A program made the position numbers and the translations under genes. A stretch of DNA of 64,000 bases from the human T2T-CHM13v2.0 reference genome, Homo sapiens: assembly GCF_009914755.1 (NCBI RefSeq), contig NC_060929.1; one strand, 5' to 3'. The notes beneath the pieces were generated by a model, which was given only the letters and a program-made list of their open reading frames with translations, was not told the DNA's origin and searched no databases. Shown here one piece after another: positions 61,062-64,000 of the stretch (the first letter of the stretch is position 1; each line of letters starts with the position of its first letter).

Positions 61062-64000
61062 CCTCCTTGATAGAATCATGGCTTCCTGGTGAAGCTGAAA
61101 AGACAATAACCCCCAGGACCTGACCCAAGAAAAAATGTCAGCCTAGGGATGTAGGGACCAGACATGCAGCTGGATGAGTTATGGGAAAGGAAGCTCAATA
61201 AATGGGACGTAGGTCACTCCCAATGGATGTGAACGAATTGGCTGCATGGATTGAGGCAAAGAAAAAGGAATATGGAAACGGGGAAGCACAGAATACAGTT
61301 CTCTGGTTGTCAGACATGTATGTGATCACTCATTCCTGGGACCAGAGGGCTCAAAAAGTAAATGCTCATAAGGACCCTGAGGCATTTGAGAGGGAACCAA
61401 CATGTGCAATTTTAGCCTTCACAGAAACGGAGACTTGTGATCTAAAGGACAAATATGAGGAAAAGCCAGGCAAGTCTTAGGCAGCTTGGTTGGTGTGTTT
61501 GTTTGACAAAGGGACATTGCAGGCCCAAATGTCTCAAATTTAATGGTGTAATTAGTGATAGGGCCAAATAGTGCAGTTAGAAATAGGGTCCCCACTGGAG
61601 GCCAGTGGCCTTTACTCCTGTCAGGATTAAAGGGAAAAGAGAAAAACATTAAGCTGATGACATTAGGAGGTTTTGAGACAAATGAGGTCACCCATGTTGC
61701 TTATGTGCTTATGGGTCAGGCCTTTTGGGGCATTTCAGGTACCGATGAGCATGGTTCCCCCACTCAGTGCATTATAGACATTGACATTTTGACGATTTGT
61801 GGTGCAGAATATCACTGCCACCTGCAGAGGTATGACCCCTCTTAGCTAAAAATTCATGCCATAACAATGGGGCATATCTACTCCTGCCTGCCACCTAAAC
61901 TACCCAAGTCCAAATGAGTTATTCAGCTAAAGTGGTATTCCATACTAAGTAGAGAGTAGCACATTACCTGGTTAACTGAGGAATTGCTATAAACAAAAAT
62001 ATTACAAACCACCATGTCACAAAGTAACACTACAGTTGGGCTGCTCAAAAAGACCTCTAGAACATTAAGACTATTACAGGATGAATGCCAGGGCCAGTTA
62101 GATGGGAAGCCAAATGAATATTCAGATACAGTTAAGAAAATACTATTGGCTTTGGTGGCACCAGCTAAGTAAAATGGAGGCCAGCAGCCAAGAGGCCTCT
62201 GGGTACTGAAGATGGTGTACCCCACCTTAGTGTTCTTTTGGTCATCATAATCAAAGTGGCCAACAAAGCCATCAACTTTGAAAGGCTTTGAAATAGCAGG
62301 ACTGAGAAACCATTCAAAAAGTTGTGGCCCAGGCACTGCCTTTGCAACTTTCAGAGCCTGCTAGCCCATTGGAATTACAGAAGTCTGCAACTTGTGTGCA
62401 TACTGATTGTCATCTGGGGCAACAGAAAACTGCCATTGGGCTGCCGTAGCACTTTATAAGTTTCCTGATATAGCCAACAGATATACTCCCTTTTTGAATG
62501 GCAGCTCCTTGCTCACTATTGGGCATTGATAAAAAGAGAATGTTTTATGGCCAGAATGCCACATGTGATTGCTGCAATAGGAACTGCCTATTTTTATGTG
62601 TTTGCCTACAAACCTCACCAGTAAAATTGGACAGGCTTGGCAGAGCCTACTTATCAAATGGAAAGCATACATTTAAGGTTGGCTTGAGCTAGAATTCCAG
62701 GGAAGCAGTGGGCTCCATGAATAAATGGCTAGCTTTCTAGAATGCTAGAAAGTGACCCTCAGGAGATGCTTTGGCTCCTCCTTTGCCTACTGATGGTATG
62801 GCATGATTCACTGATGCCCCTACAAAACTAAAAGCAGACAGGGTCCACAGGACTGCAGCCCCCATCTGGTGAGTGAATGGCCATATTTTTACTGAGGCTG
62901 AACATGAACATTCTGCCCCAAGGGTCAAACTACATGCACCACTGATGGCCATGCAGGCCACCACTTACCAGCCTATCTTGCTACATTTTCACCAATGTAT
63001 GGGCCTTTATCTACAACCTAGCCATGTGGTCAAGAGAACAGCAACTGAGTGATTGGACTATCAATGGATCCCCTATATGGGGACAAGGGCTATGACAATA
63101 ACTTGCTGCCTGGAAAGGACAAATGTGTATCACTCATATGAATGCGAGGCCTACCATCTCCTCCCTGGAAGAGAGCTTGTGATCCGACTTGCAAAGCAAC
63201 TGAAGAAAGAGCATCAAGATGTCCTGCTAGTGGGGTGGTTCCCCATCTGACTAGAGTAGTATGGACACTAAACTCTGCACTATGATGTGAGGGAAACATG
63301 GCACTGCAGCACCCATTGAGAAACAATGGCCTTAGTCGGGGTAGAAGTAACCAGCCAGATGCTTGATTAGGCTACATCTGCAAATCCCAATCTCAGTGTT
63401 CCCAACCATTTCTTTCTTTTTTTCCTTTAGAGTACATGTCCTGGGGGGCAGTTTGCAGTTCAGGCCACCGTAATACCCCAGACAGGACCCCTAAGTCTTA
63501 TCTGAAAACAATGCCTCCCTTGGGTCACTGCTCTCTATGGGATCCCACAGGGTTATTGGATGGAACCAAGGAATACCAGAGTGCCAGGACTCTCTAGGGA
63601 CACTGGGGAAATCTAAAACCTTCAGTCAAGTGGGCAGCATTACCAAACGTGATGTTTGTACAGGATGTGACTTCCCTTCCTGAACTGGAGAGCTGTTTTA
63701 ATGTTCTGGCTCAAGCAAGAAGGACAATTAGTACCTGCAGTTGTCATCACCTGGGGACTGGGACAGACAAAATTGGATAATATGTCTACCCAGCCCAAAC
63801 CCTATCCATTAAGTAGAAACACCTAAAACCCCAAGAGGGGTGAAATGTAGGGCACTCATCTGTAAATCTGTTTTATTTTACAAGGATGTGGCAGCAGAGG
63901 CCTGGAAGCACAACACTTTCATTAGGCTCTCCCAGGCAGCAGCCACCTTGGGTAGCCTGACTAAGGGTTAGACCTTACTCTGTTACAGACAACAGCAACT
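61062..64000 (+). mobile_element. Class III ERV internal region with decayed gag/pro/pol; continues past the window
   Basis: PTQCIIDIDIL (protease C-terminus, ORF 61555); gcatgattcactgat = A*FTD and a SAQ..LHA-like motif (RNase H) at about 62800-62940; gag-like ORF 61202. Confidence 0.75.

Overview
Primate (human-like) genomic DNA, AT-rich and dense in transposable elements; probably intergenic or intronic. I find no credible host protein-coding gene, RNA gene or CpG island. Every ORF in the supplied track with recognisable homology is a decayed transposon protein (L1 ORF1/ORF2, Tigger1 transposase, class III ERV gag/pro/pol) or an Alu read-through; the rest look like chance ORFs. The window holds about 14 Alu-family elements, several L1s of different ages, a full-length Tigger1, MER44/Tigger3a/MER58/MER33 DNA-transposon derivatives, solo LTRs (LTR1-, LTR16-, MER90-, LTR33-, MLT1-like), an ERV1 internal region, and a class III provirus with a tRNA-Ser primer-binding site that runs off the right end. 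I cannot support a previously undescribed biological system here. The most notable items are retrotransposition fossils: a TSD-flanked tailless tRNA-Ile half, a mini-Alu with both ends and its TSD, a twin-primed L1 inside MER44, an L1PB with a large internal deletion sealed at a 30-bp palindrome, and a 117-bp identical tract shared by two otherwise diverged L1PA copies. Family names come from recalled consensus sequences, not from a database search, and boundaries of old elements are approximate.
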